This document shows, piece by piece, positions 8,653-19,243 of a stretch of 64,000 bases of DNA. Location of the stretch: assembly GCF_022352215.1 (NCBI RefSeq), contig NZ_JAKRWF010000003.1, positions 165,854-229,853 on the forward strand. The letters run 5' to 3'. Position 1 is the stretch's first letter; every line of letters begins with the position of its first letter. The translations under genes were made by a program, and so were the position numbers. Below the pieces are notes generated by a model that did no database searches, was not told the origin of the DNA, and saw only the letters and a list, made by a program, of their open reading frames with translations. Origin of the DNA: Flavihumibacter cheonanensis. Lineage in GTDB: Bacteria > Bacteroidota > Bacteroidia > Chitinophagales > Chitinophagaceae.

Positions 8653-11094
8653 TTGATAACTACCTACATGACGATTTCGTATAACTGGCTGAGTGAATAT
8701 CTACCCGTTTCGGTTGACCCCGAACGGTTGTCGCGCATTCTTACTTCAATAGGACTCGAAGTAGAAAGTATGTCTCCCTATGAATCTATAAGGGGAGGCT
8801 TAAAGGGACTTGTAATAGGAAAAGTGGTGGCTTGTGAACGTCACCCCAATGCCGATAAACTATCGCTGACCAAAGTGGACATCGGCGCCGAAAACCCACT
8901 TTCCATTGTTTGCGGAGCTCCGAATGTAGCGGTTGGACAAACTGTTGTGGTGGCGCCGGTAGGTACAACCATTTATCCTTTTAACGGTGATCCCCTTACC
9001 ATGAAACTGGCAAAAATCCGGGGAGAAGAAAGCCAGGGAATGATTTGCGCGGAAGACGAGATCGGATTGGGGCCGGATCATGGCGGTATCCTGGTTTTGC
9101 CAGACCACCTGAAAGCAGGCACTCCCTTCAGCCAGCATTTCCCGGTTTATACCGATACCATTTACGAGATAGGTCTTACACCCAACCGGATGGATGCCAT
9201 GAGTCATATGGGTGTAGCCAGGGATGTTTGCGCCTACCTGACCCATCACGATAAAAAAGAATTACGGCTCCGTCCGGTTTCTGTCAATAGTTTTAAAGCC
9301 CAGGATCAATCACTTCCTATCCAGGTAGAATTGCTCGATACCGAAGGCTGTCAGCGTTATTCCGGGGTAAGCATTACCGGTATCACAGTTGCCGAATCAC
9401 CGCAGTGGCTGAAAGACCGGCTGTTATCAATCGGTTTACGACCTATCAATAATATAGTGGACATCACCAATTTCGTGTTGCATGAAACCGGTCAGCCTCT
9501 CCATGCATTTGATGCTTCAGCATTACAGGGTGATAAAATTATCGTACAGCAGGTAAAACAGGATACCCCTTTTATAACCCTGGACGGCAAGGAACGCAAA
9601 CTGGATGCATCAGATATTATGATTTGCGATGCAGTCAAACCAGTTTGTATAGCCGGAGTTTTTGGCGGCCTGGGCAGTGGTGTAACCAACGAAACCAAAA
9701 ATGTATTCCTTGAATCCGCCTGGTTCCATCCCAGCAGAATTCGCAAAACCTCTTTCCGGCATGGCCTGCGCACGGATGCCGCTACCCGTTTTGAGAAAGG
9801 AGTAGATATTTCGCAAACCCTCTATGCCTTGAAAAGAGCGGCATTATTAATTAAAGAACTGGCAGGTGGTACTATTTCCTCCGATATCGTGGATGTATAC
9901 CCGAACCAGGAAGAAAAAAAGCAGGTAGCCATCAAATACCATTACCTGAAAAAACTCAGTGGAAAAAGTTATCACCCCGATACGATCAAAAAAATTCTCG
10001 AAGCGCTTGGCTTTGAAGTAATAAAAGACAGCATCGATGAACTGAGGCTGTCAGTACCTTATCATAAACCGGATATTTCCCTGCCGGCGGATATCGTGGA
10101 AGAAATTTTACGAATCGATGGCCTGGACAACGTGGAAATTCCGCAGGCTATTACGATCACTCCCTCTGTTGAAAACGATGTGGATGGCAAACTAAAAGAG
10201 AAGATTGCCCAGTACCTGGCAGGTTCCGGCTTCCGGGAAATCCTGACCAATTCCATTACGAACAGTGCTTATTATACAGAAGAGCAATTGGATGGGACAG
10301 TCAAAATGCTTAACAATCTTTCGGCCGAATTGAATATACTTCGTCCCTCCATGATGGAAACAGCAATGGAAGTGATTTCGTACAACCATAACCGAAAGAA
10401 TGACCAGTTGCGTTTGTTTGAATTCGGGAAAACCTATTCTACAACCGGAATTGGCAATTACAGGGAACAAATGCATTGCTGCATCTACCTGAGCGGCTTG
10501 TATTCAGAAGGGTCCTGGCGTGCTGCGGCAAAACCAGCGGATTTGTTTGCATTGAAAGGAGTACTCACCCGTTTATGTGCATCTCTTGGATTAAATGCAC
10601 TCAAATTGCAGGAAACGGATCTTCCAGAATTGCAACCGGGATTTGATGTGTATGCAGGTAAAGAAAAGATTGGCACAAAAGGTCAGATTTCCAAAGCCAA
10701 ACTAAATCAGTTTGATATTAAAGTACCCGTATTTATGGTTGATCTTGATTGGGCTGCGGTAGTGAAGCTTGCTGGTTCCAAAAAACTGGTATTCCGGGAA
10801 CTGCCCCGCCAAATCGCGGTAGAAAGGGACCTTGCCATGCTGGTTAACCGATCCGTGGCATATGGAACCATTGAAGCGGCCATCCGTAAAGCAAATCTTC
10901 CGAAACTTGCCGGTTACCGGTTGTTTGACCTGTTTGAAAGCGACAAGCTGGGTGCGGATAAAAAATCAGTGGCTATTAACTTTTCCTTCCTTGATGAGGA
11001 AAAAACAATGACTGACAAAGAGATTGACGCGCTGATGCAGAAACTGATTCAATCGCTGGAAAAAGAAACCGGGGCAGAAATCCGGAAATCCTGA
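8653..11094 (+). CDS. pheT: Phenylalanine--tRNA ligase beta subunit
   Basis: It is 813 aa with a tRNA-binding N-terminus, B3/B4, B5 and FDX-ACB domains in the canonical order. Confidence 0.95.
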   Translation: MITTYMTISYNWLSEYLPVSVDPERLSRILTSIGLEVESMSPYESIRGGLKGLVIGKVVACERHPNADKLSLTKVDIGAENPLSIVCGAPNVAVGQTVVVAPVGTTIYPFNGDPLTMKLAKIRGEESQGMICAEDEIGLGPDHGGILVLPDHLKAGTPFSQHFPVYTDTIYEIGLTPNRMDAMSHMGVARDVCAYLTHHDKKELRLRPVSVNSFKAQDQSLPIQVELLDTEGCQRYSGVSITGITVAESPQWLKDRLLSIGLRPINNIVDITNFVLHETGQPLHAFDASALQGDKIIVQQVKQDTPFITLDGKERKLDASDIMICDAVKPVCIAGVFGGLGSGVTNETKNVFLESAWFHPSRIRKTSFRHGLRTDAATRFEKGVDISQTLYALKRAALLIKELAGGTISSDIVDVYPNQEEKKQVAIKYHYLKKLSGKSYHPDTIKKILEALGFEVIKDSIDELRLSVPYHKPDISLPADIVEEILRIDGLDNVEIPQAITITPSVENDVDGKLKEKIAQYLAGSGFREILTNSITNSAYYTEEQLDGTVKMLNNLSAELNILRPSMMETAMEVISYNHNRKNDQLRLFEFGKTYSTTGIGNYREQMHCCIYLSGLYSEGSWRAAAKPADLFALKGVLTRLCASLGLNALKLQETDLPELQPGFDVYAGKEKIGTKGQISKAKLNQFDIKVPVFMVDLDWAAVVKLAGSKKLVFRELPRQIAVERDLAMLVNRSVAYGTIEAAIRKANLPKLAGYRLFDLFESDKLGADKKSVAINFSFLDEEKTMTDKEIDALMQKLIQSLEKETGAEIRKS

Positions 11095-11384
11095 TGCAGG
11101 CACTACTTGACCATATCAACCGGATCCAGGATAAACTGGCAGAGCTGCAAAAGCAGTATTCCCAGGCGAAAAAGGAACAGGAGCGGATGCAACAGACCTT
11201 TCAACTTCTGCAGGAAAAAGATCGCTTGCAGCAGGCCAGAATTGAAGAACTGGAACGTCAATTAGAAGTAGTTCGTGCTACCCGGCCGGCTTCGATGAGT
11301 GATGCAGATAGGCTGGCGTTGGAGAAAAGAATCAATCAATACCTTAAAGAAATTGAGCAATGCATTGCTCTTTTAAATGAATAA
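11094..11384 (+). CDS. Small coiled-coil protein (hypothetical; possibly a cell-division-associated partner of ZapA)
   Basis: It is 96 aa, heptad-rich and Q/E/K-rich. Its start overlaps the pheT stop (TGATG) and it sits immediately upstream of zapA. Confidence 0.5.
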   Translation: MQALLDHINRIQDKLAELQKQYSQAKKEQERMQQTFQLLQEKDRLQQARIEELERQLEVVRATRPASMSDADRLALEKRINQYLKEIEQCIALLNE

Positions 11385-11387
11385 CCC

Positions 11388-11681
11388 ATGGCAGACCAGT
11401 TGATTCCCGCCAATATTGTAATTGGCGACCGCACCTACCGGATCAAGATCCGGATGCAGGACGAGGAGGCGGTTCGGGCAACGGTAAAGCTCATCAATGA
11501 GAAGATACTGGAGTTCAAAACCCAGTTTTCAGCCAAAGACATGCAGGACTATATTGCGATGGTATTGGTATGGTATGCCACTGAGCAGAGTTCTTCCACC
11601 CGATCGCAACTGGATACCCGTGCTATTGAGGAAAAGCTGGAGCAAATGGAACAGTTTCTGGATAAAATGAAGCAGGGATAA
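11388..11681 (+). CDS. zapA: Cell division protein ZapA
   Basis: It is 97 aa. The N-terminal IGDRTYRIKI region resembles ZapA, and the pheT-zapA-rny neighbourhood is typical of Bacteroidota. Confidence 0.7.
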   Translation: MADQLIPANIVIGDRTYRIKIRMQDEEAVRATVKLINEKILEFKTQFSAKDMQDYIAMVLVWYATEQSSSTRSQLDTRAIEEKLEQMEQFLDKMKQG

Positions 11682-11685
11682 GCTG

Positions 11686-12804
11686 TTATTCCGGAAAAAG
11701 TTCATTCAACTTTTCAAGCAACTCCTTTCCCCGAAGATTTCGGGCAATGATCCTGCCCTCCGGATCCAGCAGAAAATTCTGCGGGATGGCAGTGACCCCA
11801 TAAAGAACTGCCGCCTCATTGTTCCAGTACTTCAGGTCTGAAACTTGGCGCCAGGCTAGTTTATCATCCCGAATAGCTTTTAACCAGGCAGACCTGCCGG
11901 TTGGCTGATCAAGAGAAATCCCGAGGATCTCAAATCCCTTTTCTTTGTATTTGGCATAGGCAGCCACCAGGTTAGGATTTTCATACCGGCAGGGGCCACA
12001 CCAGGATGCCCAGAAATCCAGCAACAGAAACCTGCCCCGAAGGGAAGATAGAGCAACCGGTTGTCCAATTGTATCGGGAAGGGTAAACTCAGGGGCAATT
12101 CTACCGATGGCGGTAGCCCTGGCGAAATCTATTTTTTGCCGAAGTGCCTGTGCAGATGGGTAGTTACGTATCGAAGGTGCCAGTTTTAAAAAAATTGGCT
12201 CTACTTTCTCAGGATCCGTTTCAATGCCGGCATATTCAGTTAAGGCATAAAGTGCCACGGGGGAATTTGGATTGTTTGCGGCAAATTTTCCGTAGACTTT
12301 TTCGCGGTGTTCATTCGCAACTTCCGTGATCTCCGCCTCAATGCGGGCTATTTCGGCAGTATCCCGCCTTCCCCTTGCTTTGCTGAATTGCTCATACAGG
12401 GTATCCAGCCGGAACCTGTAAGGGGCTGCTGCTTTTTCCAGTTCCATGTAATCAAGCTGCGCCAGGGATCCATAGACCCTTAGATTCGTGATGGTATCAG
12501 CATGTAAAATCCGAATGGCACCCGGTTCCAGAAACAGACCGATTACCTGCGATGAACCAGATAAACTAGCCAGGGTAGGCTCCTTCAGCTTCCCGGAAAA
12601 GAAATAATTACCATTCGTTACCTCGGAGCTGTCTTTGATCCATTTATCGCCCATCGCATACTGCAGGTACAGCTTTTTGGGTAAATTTTGAATCCGGGAG
12701 AAACTCCCCTGGAGATTGAAAGATTGATCCTGGGCCCAAAGTGCAGGACCGAAAAACAGGAGTCCCAGTACCATTTTAATGCGCTTCATATTGGATTCTT
12801 TCAT
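11686..12804 (-). CDS. TlpA-family thiol:disulfide oxidoreductase (thioredoxin fold) with an N-terminal DUF4369-like domain. It is likely exported.
   Basis: It has a signal peptide and the WCGPC active site (DFWASWCGPCR). Confidence 0.8.
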   Translation of the reverse strand: MKESNMKRIKMVLGLLFFGPALWAQDQSFNLQGSFSRIQNLPKKLYLQYAMGDKWIKDSSEVTNGNYFFSGKLKEPTLASLSGSSQVIGLFLEPGAIRILHADTITNLRVYGSLAQLDYMELEKAAAPYRFRLDTLYEQFSKARGRRDTAEIARIEAEITEVANEHREKVYGKFAANNPNSPVALYALTEYAGIETDPEKVEPIFLKLAPSIRNYPSAQALRQKIDFARATAIGRIAPEFTLPDTIGQPVALSSLRGRFLLLDFWASWCGPCRYENPNLVAAYAKYKEKGFEILGISLDQPTGRSAWLKAIRDDKLAWRQVSDLKYWNNEAAVLYGVTAIPQNFLLDPEGRIIARNLRGKELLEKLNELFPE

Positions 12805-12944
12805 CCAATTTACGGCCAGATCGGAAAAGCTGCAACCTTTTATGCTTTGAATTCGTATTTTCGCGAATTAGCGTCTTATTCAACCAGTTATGAGCGATAG
12901 ACGACCGAAAGACACGATTGAAAAAAGATTAAAACAATCCATCA

Positions 12945-14510
12945 ATGAACGAAACCATCATACTATTGATTGTTGCCATACTTGCACTTGTAGTGGGCAT
13001 AGTGGCAGGAAAATTTATTTTTAAAGCAAACACGCAGCAAAAAATCCTCGATGCAGAAAACCAGGCCCAGAAAATTGTAAAAGATGCACAATTACAGGCC
13101 GAGACCCTGAAAAAGGAAAAAATACTGGAGGCCAAGGAAAAATTCGTTCAGTTAAAAGCTGAACACGACAAAGAAGTATTGGATCGGAATCGCAAACTCA
13201 GCGATCTGGAAAACAGGGCCAAGCAGAAAGAGGTAAGCATCAACCAGAAAGAATCTAACCTGGACAAGCAGATTAAGGAAAATGAAGCGATTAAAGAAAA
13301 TCTGAACCGCCAGATTGAGCTGGTAAACATCAAGCGTACTGAACTGGAAAAGCACCAGGAAGAACACATTCGGCGACTGGAAAAAATTGCCGGGCTTACG
13401 GCGGATGAAGCAAAAGCGCAGCTGGTAGAAAGCCTTAAAAAGGAAGCACAGACCCAAGCCATTGCGGTACAGCAGGAAATCATCGACGATGCGAAGCAAA
13501 AAGCCAATAAAGAAGCCCGCAAGATCATTATTCAAACCATCCAGCGGACCGCTGCTGAGCAGGCAATAGAAAACTCAATCACAGTATTCAACCTGGAGAG
13601 TGATGAAATCAAAGGACAGATTATCGGTCGCGAAGGCCGTAATATCCGCGCCCTGGAAGCCGCAACCGGTGTAGACCTCATTGTAGACGATACCCCGGAA
13701 GCCATCATCTTGTCTTCCTTTGACCCACTTCGCAGGGAAATTGCCCGCCTGAGTTTACAGCGACTGGTAACAGATGGACGTATTCACCCGGCCCGTATTG
13801 AAGAAGTGGTGGAAAAAACCCGCCGTCAGATTGAGGAGCAGGTAATGGAAATCGGCGACCGTACCGTAATTGAACTTGGAATCCATGGCCTTCACAAAGA
13901 ACTGGTTCGTATTGTAGGTAAAATGCGCTTCCGTTCTTCTTATGGCCAGAACCTGCTGATGCACAGCCGCGAAGTGGCAAATCTTTGTGCGATCATGGCT
14001 TCCGAACTGGGCATGAACCCCAAACTGGCTAAAAGAGCCGGACTCCTTCATGATATAGGCAAAGTTCCGGATGAAGAATCTGAATTGAGCCACGCCCTGC
14101 TGGGAGCTAAACTGGCTGAAAAATACGGTGAGAACCCCGCGGTTGTGAATGCAATCGGTGCCCACCACGATGAAATGGAAATGCAATACGTAATTTCTCC
14201 CATTGTTCAGGCTTGTGACGCTATCAGTGGCGCTCGTCCCGGAGCCAGAAGGGAAATCATGCAGCAGTACCTGCAGCGGATTAAGGATCTTGAAAATATG
14301 GCGATGGCTTACCAGGGTGTTGAAAAAGCCTATGCAATTCAGGCTGGTCGTGAGTTACGGGTAATTGTGGAAGCCGACAAGGTAACAGATGCCGACAGTG
14401 ACCGCCTCAGCTTTGAAATTGCCCAGAAAATCCAGACCGAAATGACCTTCCCGGGCCAGATACGCGTAACGGTAATCAGGGAGAAGAGAGCGGTGAATGT
14501 AGCGAGGTAG
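12945..14510 (+). CDS. rny: Ribonuclease Y
   Basis: It has an N-terminal TM helix, a long K/E-rich coiled coil, a KH domain ([11 protein letters not shown]) and an HD domain (LLHDIGK). Confidence 0.9.
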   Translation: MNETIILLIVAILALVVGIVAGKFIFKANTQQKILDAENQAQKIVKDAQLQAETLKKEKILEAKEKFVQLKAEHDKEVLDRNRKLSDLENRAKQKEVSINQKESNLDKQIKENEAIKENLNRQIELVNIKRTELEKHQEEHIRRLEKIAGLTADEAKAQLVESLKKEAQTQAIAVQQEIIDDAKQKANKEARKIIIQTIQRTAAEQAIENSITVFNLESDEIKGQIIGREGRNIRALEAATGVDLIVDDTPEAIILSSFDPLRREIARLSLQRLVTDGRIHPARIEEVVEKTRRQIEEQVMEIGDRTVIELGIHGLHKELVRIVGKMRFRSSYGQNLLMHSREVANLCAIMASELGMNPKLAKRAGLLHDIGKVPDEESELSHALLGAKLAEKYGENPAVVNAIGAHHDEMEMQYVISPIVQACDAISGARPGARREIMQQYLQRIKDLENMAMAYQGVEKAYAIQAGRELRVIVEADKVTDADSDRLSFEIAQKIQTEMTFPGQIRVTVIREKRAVNVAR

Positions 14511-14526
14511 CATTTTTTTATTTTAC

Positions 14527-14558
14527 TTTTGAATATTCACAATCTTTCTCTTACCTTT
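14527..14558 (+). promoter_or_regulatory. Candidate Bacteroidota sigma-A promoter for rplS (TTTG -33-like element and a TAccTTTG -7 element)
   Basis: A TTTG at 14527-14530 and TACCTTTG at 14551-14558 are separated by about 20 nt, and the -7 element lies 25 nt upstream of the rplS ATG. Confidence 0.4.
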
Positions 14559-14582
14559 GCCGTCCGATAAAAAAAGAACGTC

Positions 14583-14942
14583 ATGAACGCAGTAGCATTT
14601 GTTCACGAGCAATTAACCCCCAAAAGAGAATTTCCTAAATTCAAAGCGGGCGATAACGTGACTGTAAATTATAAAATTGTAGAAGGAAATAAGGAGCGTA
14701 TCCAGAGCTTTAAAGGGGATGTGATCAAACGTCAGGGCCAGGGAACTACCCAAACCTTTACTGTTCGTAAAATCTCTGACGGTGTGGGAGTTGAAAGAAC
14801 TTTCCCCCTGTTCAGCCCGAACATCGATTCTATCGCGGTTCACAAAGTTGGTAAAGTACGCAGAGCGAAACTCTATTTCCTGCGTGAGCGTAGTGGTAAG
14901 AGTGCTCGTATCAAGGAAAAGAAAATGGCAGTTGCTAAATAA
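14583..14942 (+). CDS. rplS: 50S ribosomal protein L19
   Basis: It is 119 aa with conserved L19 sequence. Confidence 0.95.
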   Translation: MNAVAFVHEQLTPKREFPKFKAGDNVTVNYKIVEGNKERIQSFKGDVIKRQGQGTTQTFTVRKISDGVGVERTFPLFSPNIDSIAVHKVGKVRRAKLYFLRERSGKSARIKEKKMAVAK

Positions 14943-14963
14943 GCAATTCACATTAAAAATAAC

Positions 14964-14988
14964 AAACCGCCTTTTGGCGGTTTTTTTT
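14964..14988 (+). terminator. Rho-independent terminator after rplS
   Basis: The stem is AAACCGCC/GGCGGTTT with a 4-nt loop followed by a T-run. Confidence 0.7.
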
Positions 14989-15082
14989 GTGTTCAAATCT
15001 AATGCTGTTATAAAACCGTATCTTTACAAACTACAAAATCAATTTTAGCATGTTAGTAGCTAATCAATTATTAATGATTTCA

Positions 15083-15274
15083 ATGCCAGGAGGCAGTGAG
15101 TGGATCCTGATCATCCTGGTGGTATTGCTGTTATTTGGTGGAAGAAAGATTCCGGAACTGATGCGTGGGCTTGGCCGTGGTATCCGTGAGTTCAACGATG
15201 CAAAGAACAATGTGAAAGAAGAAATTGAACAGGGCATTAAGGAGAAAGATAAAACCACATCTCCCCAGCAGTAA
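15083..15274 (+). CDS. tatA: Sec-independent protein translocase TatA/E (start probably at the internal Met of the 15050 ORF)
   Basis: [37 protein letters not shown] is a canonical TatA TM helix followed by an amphipathic helix. Confidence 0.8.
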   Translation: MPGGSEWILIILVVLLLFGGRKIPELMRGLGRGIREFNDAKNNVKEEIEQGIKEKDKTTSPQQ

Positions 15275-15318
15275 GCGTTGGATTCCCGTTACGCAAGCGT
15301 TGAACCAAAGAAATTAGC

Positions 15319-16749
15319 GTGGCATTGTTTGTATTTGAATCGATAGCTCAATATCATAAGGAATTAAACGATGGCTCCACTACCTGTTTATCAGTAGTGG
15401 AGTTTTATTTGCAGCAAATCCGCCAGCAACAACATCTGAATGCCTACATAGAAGTATTCGAAGCGGAAGCACTGGAACGGGCAGCACAACTCGACCGGAA
15501 CAATTCCACCGGACAACCCTTGCCTCCTCTTTTTGGTGTGGTGGTCGGCATAAAAGATGTTTTATGTTATGAAGGCCATGTTGTTTCAGCTGCATCCCGC
15601 ATGCTGGAAAGCTTTACAGCCCCCTATTCAGCAACCTGTATAGAGCGCCTCCTGAATGCAGGAGCCATCATCATAGGCCGATTGAATTGCGATGAATTCG
15701 CCATGGGTTCATCCAATGAAAATTCCGCATTTGGCCCTACTCTCAATGCACTTGATAATGGCCGGGTTCCTGGCGGTTCCTCCGGTGGATCTGCGGTTGC
15801 TGTGCAAGCCGGACTCTGTATGGTTAGCCTGGGTTCCGATACCGGAGGTTCTGTTCGTCAACCCGCTGACTTTACAGGTGTTTATGGATTAAAACCCAGC
15901 TATGGCCGGATTAGCCGTTATGGTCTGATTGCCTATGCTTCTTCCTTCGACCAGGTGGGCATTTTTTCGAAAAACATCGCCGATGCAGCACTTGTACTTG
16001 AAACAATTGCCGGTGCAGATTCTTTTGATAGTACCAGCTCCCCTGCTCCGGTCCCGGCCTATTCCAAAGAACTTAAGGCACCTGAAAAGTCTTACAGATT
16101 CGCTTATTTCCGGGAGGCAGTAGAACATCCATCCCTTGATCCGGAAATCAGAACTGCCCTACTCAATAAATTCGAAGTCCTGAAAACAGCAGGTCACCAG
16201 ATAGAAGCTGTCGAATTCCCATTGCTGGATTATATTGTTCCAACCTATTATATACTTACCACTGCTGAAGCTTCTTCCAACCTCTCCCGCTTTGACGGCG
16301 TTCGGTATGGTCACCGCACAAAGCAGCCGGTGGAGGATTTAGCAGATTTTTATGCACAAAACCGATCCGAAGGATTTGGTCCCGAAGTCAGGCGTCGCAT
16401 CCTGCTTGGAAGCTTTGTACTGAGCGCCGGATACTACGATGCATACTTTACCAAAGCCCAACAAGTAAGACGCCGGTTATTTGACCAAACACAATTGATA
16501 TTCAAAGACTTTGATGCAATTTTAGGTCCAACCGCGCCAACTCCGGCTTTCCGTTTCGGCGAGAAAAAAGACGACCCAATCGCCATGTATCTCGGTGATA
16601 TTTACACCGTTTTTGCCAATCTGACAGGACTTCCGGCAATCTCCCTCCCAATTTTTTGGCACAGTAATGGCATGCCATTTAGCCTCCAGGTTATGACAAA
16701 CCGATTTGAGGAGCTATCTTTGCTCCAGGTTTCAGCGTCACTGGTGTAG
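15319..16749 (+). CDS. gatA: Glutamyl-tRNA(Gln)/aspartyl-tRNA(Asn) amidotransferase subunit A
   Basis: It carries the amidase signature GGSSGGSAVAVQAGLCMVSLGSDTGGSVRQPA and is 476 aa. Confidence 0.9.
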   Translation: MALFVFESIAQYHKELNDGSTTCLSVVEFYLQQIRQQQHLNAYIEVFEAEALERAAQLDRNNSTGQPLPPLFGVVVGIKDVLCYEGHVVSAASRMLESFTAPYSATCIERLLNAGAIIIGRLNCDEFAMGSSNENSAFGPTLNALDNGRVPGGSSGGSAVAVQAGLCMVSLGSDTGGSVRQPADFTGVYGLKPSYGRISRYGLIAYASSFDQVGIFSKNIADAALVLETIAGADSFDSTSSPAPVPAYSKELKAPEKSYRFAYFREAVEHPSLDPEIRTALLNKFEVLKTAGHQIEAVEFPLLDYIVPTYYILTTAEASSNLSRFDGVRYGHRTKQPVEDLADFYAQNRSEGFGPEVRRRILLGSFVLSAGYYDAYFTKAQQVRRRLFDQTQLIFKDFDAILGPTAPTPAFRFGEKKDDPIAMYLGDIYTVFANLTGLPAISLPIFWHSNGMPFSLQVMTNRFEELSLLQVSASLV

Positions 16750-16809
16750 CAAATGTATCTGTCCATCCCTTGAAAATGCGCCAAAAATCTCTGTGAGAAA
16801 CTGTTTTAG

Positions 16810-17916
16810 TTGTTAACCAAAGTCTGGAACATGAAACAATTTCTGTTGGCGGGATGCCTGTTTTTCGGTACCCTAACAAGTGGATTCGCCCAAAAAGCGG
16901 ATCAGTCCATCGTACCTGAGAAAACCAGTGTTGATACCTCCATAATAAATAAATCCACTCAACCGGCTATTGCATCAACAGCGGTCGAGATGGAAACCCC
17001 CTCTACCATTAGAAATCTTTTCGAAGAAACCGGTACTACCATCGGCTCTCCCAAACTGAATCCAAGAGCAGTCAGTTTTGTACAGGATTATATTGAGTCC
17101 TATGGTAAATCCTTACATGCCATGAAAGAATGGGCACTACCCTATTTCAATATGATGGATGGCATCATGCTCCAATATGGATTACCAAGGGAATTGAAGT
17201 ACCTGGCTGTAATTGAATCCAAATTGAAATCAAACGCCGTTTCCCATGCAGGGGCCGTTGGTCCCTGGCAGTTCATGCGGGGTACCGCCATCCGACTGGG
17301 ACTCAAAGTGAATAAATCAGTTGATGAGCGTACCAACTATGTAAAAAGTACCCACGCGGCAGCCAAATACCTTAAAGATCTGTATAAAATATATGGCGAC
17401 TGGCTACTGGTGATTGCAGCCTATAATGCAGGTCCGGGTAATGTACAAAAAGCCATTGCCCGCAGTGGCAGCCGCAATTTCTGGGATCTTCAGTACCACC
17501 TGCCTGCAGAAACCAGAAAGCACGTAAAGAAATTTATTGGCACCCATTATGTGTTTGAAGGACAAGGAGGACTCACCACATTAACCAAAGCAGAAACCCG
17601 CGACCATTATGGAGATGGGCTCTACGCTTACACCAGGAAACTCACTCAGGAAGAAGAAGCTTCCGCACGTTCTCAATCTGTTGCCGGAAAATATCAATCT
17701 GTTGTTATTGCCAAGCATATAATGATGGACATAACCGATTTCAATCGTTACAATCCAGACTTTGATCGCGTTATGTCTACATCTGGGAATGCATATGAAA
17801 TGAAATTACCGGCAGATAAAATGGAATTATTCAATGCCCACAAATATTCCATCCTACAGGAATCTGTCCAGTTGCTACTGTCCTCCACCGCTGTCATGAG
17901 CAGTCCGGGTAAATAA
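16810..17916 (+). CDS. Lytic transglycosylase (SLT domain) protein, exported. The start may be the internal Met at 16831.
   Basis: It has a signal peptide and SLT-domain motifs (ESKLKSN, GAVGPWQFM, AAYNAGPGNV). Confidence 0.8.
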   Translation: MLTKVWNMKQFLLAGCLFFGTLTSGFAQKADQSIVPEKTSVDTSIINKSTQPAIASTAVEMETPSTIRNLFEETGTTIGSPKLNPRAVSFVQDYIESYGKSLHAMKEWALPYFNMMDGIMLQYGLPRELKYLAVIESKLKSNAVSHAGAVGPWQFMRGTAIRLGLKVNKSVDERTNYVKSTHAAAKYLKDLYKIYGDWLLVIAAYNAGPGNVQKAIARSGSRNFWDLQYHLPAETRKHVKKFIGTHYVFEGQGGLTTLTKAETRDHYGDGLYAYTRKLTQEEEASARSQSVAGKYQSVVIAKHIMMDITDFNRYNPDFDRVMSTSGNAYEMKLPADKMELFNAHKYSILQESVQLLLSSTAVMSSPGK

Positions 17917-17929
17917 TTAAGCAGTTGGC

Positions 17930-19243
17930 TTATTTCGTTGTTGACTCCAGTGCTTTGCGGATAGCTTCCACTTTAAGCAGGCACTCCTCGTATTCTCTGG
18001 CTGCATCCGCATACCAGGTAATGCCGGAGCCAACCTGGCAGGATAAATACCTGTCTTCCTGATTATACATGAGGCTTCTGATAACCACATTAAAATCAGC
18101 ACTGCCATCCGATGTACAATAACCCACGGCACCGGAAAATATCCCACGTTGAACCAGTTCATACGCTTCAACTAATTCCAATACCCGCTTTTTGGGCGCA
18201 CCTGTCATAGATCCCATTGGGAATGTTGCCTGCAATACGTCCACCAGGTCAACACCATCCTGCAATTGGCCGGAAATGGTAGAGATCATCTGATGCACCT
18301 GTGGAAAACTGTAAATTCCAAAAAGTTCATCCACCTTTACAGTGCCGGGTTTACAGATCATGGACAAATCATTTCTCACCAGGTCAACCACCATCACATT
18401 TTCCGAACGTTCTTTTTCACTGGCTACAAGTTCTTTAGCGGAACGCGCATCTTTTTCCGGATCCTTAAAGCGGGGAGCTGTTCCTTTGATGGGTTGAGAC
18501 CAGATTTTGCCACCCTCCATTTTGAAGAATCGCTCCGGACTTGCACACATCAGAAAGCGGTTTTCCCATTTGTAGAAAACAGAATAGGGATTGGGTGAAA
18601 TCGAAACCAATTTATTAAAAACAACAACGGGATCAATGACGGTATTTTTCGCCCGGAACTCCTGGCAGAAATTTATTTCATAACAGTCACCCCGATGGAT
18701 ATGCGCTTTTAATGCTTCTACTCTCCGGATGTAATCTTGAGCGCTCATCGCTGCCTCAAGAGTTGCTGAAGGAATCTGAGTGTCCGGTTGAATCGGAGTA
18801 TCCATGATCTGCCGGTAAACCAGCTCAGTTTCCATAGAATAACTACTGATCAATACCTTGTTCTCTCTTACGAGCAGAAGTGTATCCGGCACAAAAAAAC
18901 AGCAATCGGCAAATCCAATCGGATCAGGCAGTTGTGTACCACTTTGCATGGTTTCCGCTTTCATGCCAAAACCGAGGTGGCCAAAAGTCCAGTCGGATGT
19001 CTCCTGTAGAAATTGACGGAGCGCAGGCAACGCAGTTCCTGCCTTTTCTGAGATATTCTTCCATGAACCGGCTGCTAAAAGGCATTCATAGCTATGCAGG
19101 TTTTCCTGGTAACCATGATTGTCCATAAAGCAACAAATGTTGAACGGGCTGGCCCAGTTCAACATTTGAATTTTCAGTGCTGACAGTTGTTCAATGGCGT
19201 ATGCCCTGAATGTTCTGCCGTGCAGCAATATTTCAGTTAACAT
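17930..19243 (-). CDS. pabB: Aminodeoxychorismate synthase component I / anthranilate synthase component I family
   Basis: It has a chorismate-binding enzyme C-terminal domain (motifs such as GAVGY and SGITWYADAAREYEECLLK) and is 437 aa. Confidence 0.75.
   Translation of the reverse strand: MLTEILLHGRTFRAYAIEQLSALKIQMLNWASPFNICCFMDNHGYQENLHSYECLLAAGSWKNISEKAGTALPALRQFLQETSDWTFGHLGFGMKAETMQSGTQLPDPIGFADCCFFVPDTLLLVRENKVLISSYSMETELVYRQIMDTPIQPDTQIPSATLEAAMSAQDYIRRVEALKAHIHRGDCYEINFCQEFRAKNTVIDPVVVFNKLVSISPNPYSVFYKWENRFLMCASPERFFKMEGGKIWSQPIKGTAPRFKDPEKDARSAKELVASEKERSENVMVVDLVRNDLSMICKPGTVKVDELFGIYSFPQVHQMISTISGQLQDGVDLVDVLQATFPMGSMTGAPKKRVLELVEAYELVQRGIFSGAVGYCTSDGSADFNVVIRSLMYNQEDRYLSCQVGSGITWYADAAREYEECLLKVEAIRKALESTTK

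Noticed and set aside
13148-13535. Two long minus-strand ORFs inside rny
   Set aside because: They are antisense to the K/E/Q-rich coiled-coil coding region of RNase Y. Low-complexity antisense frames routinely stay open.
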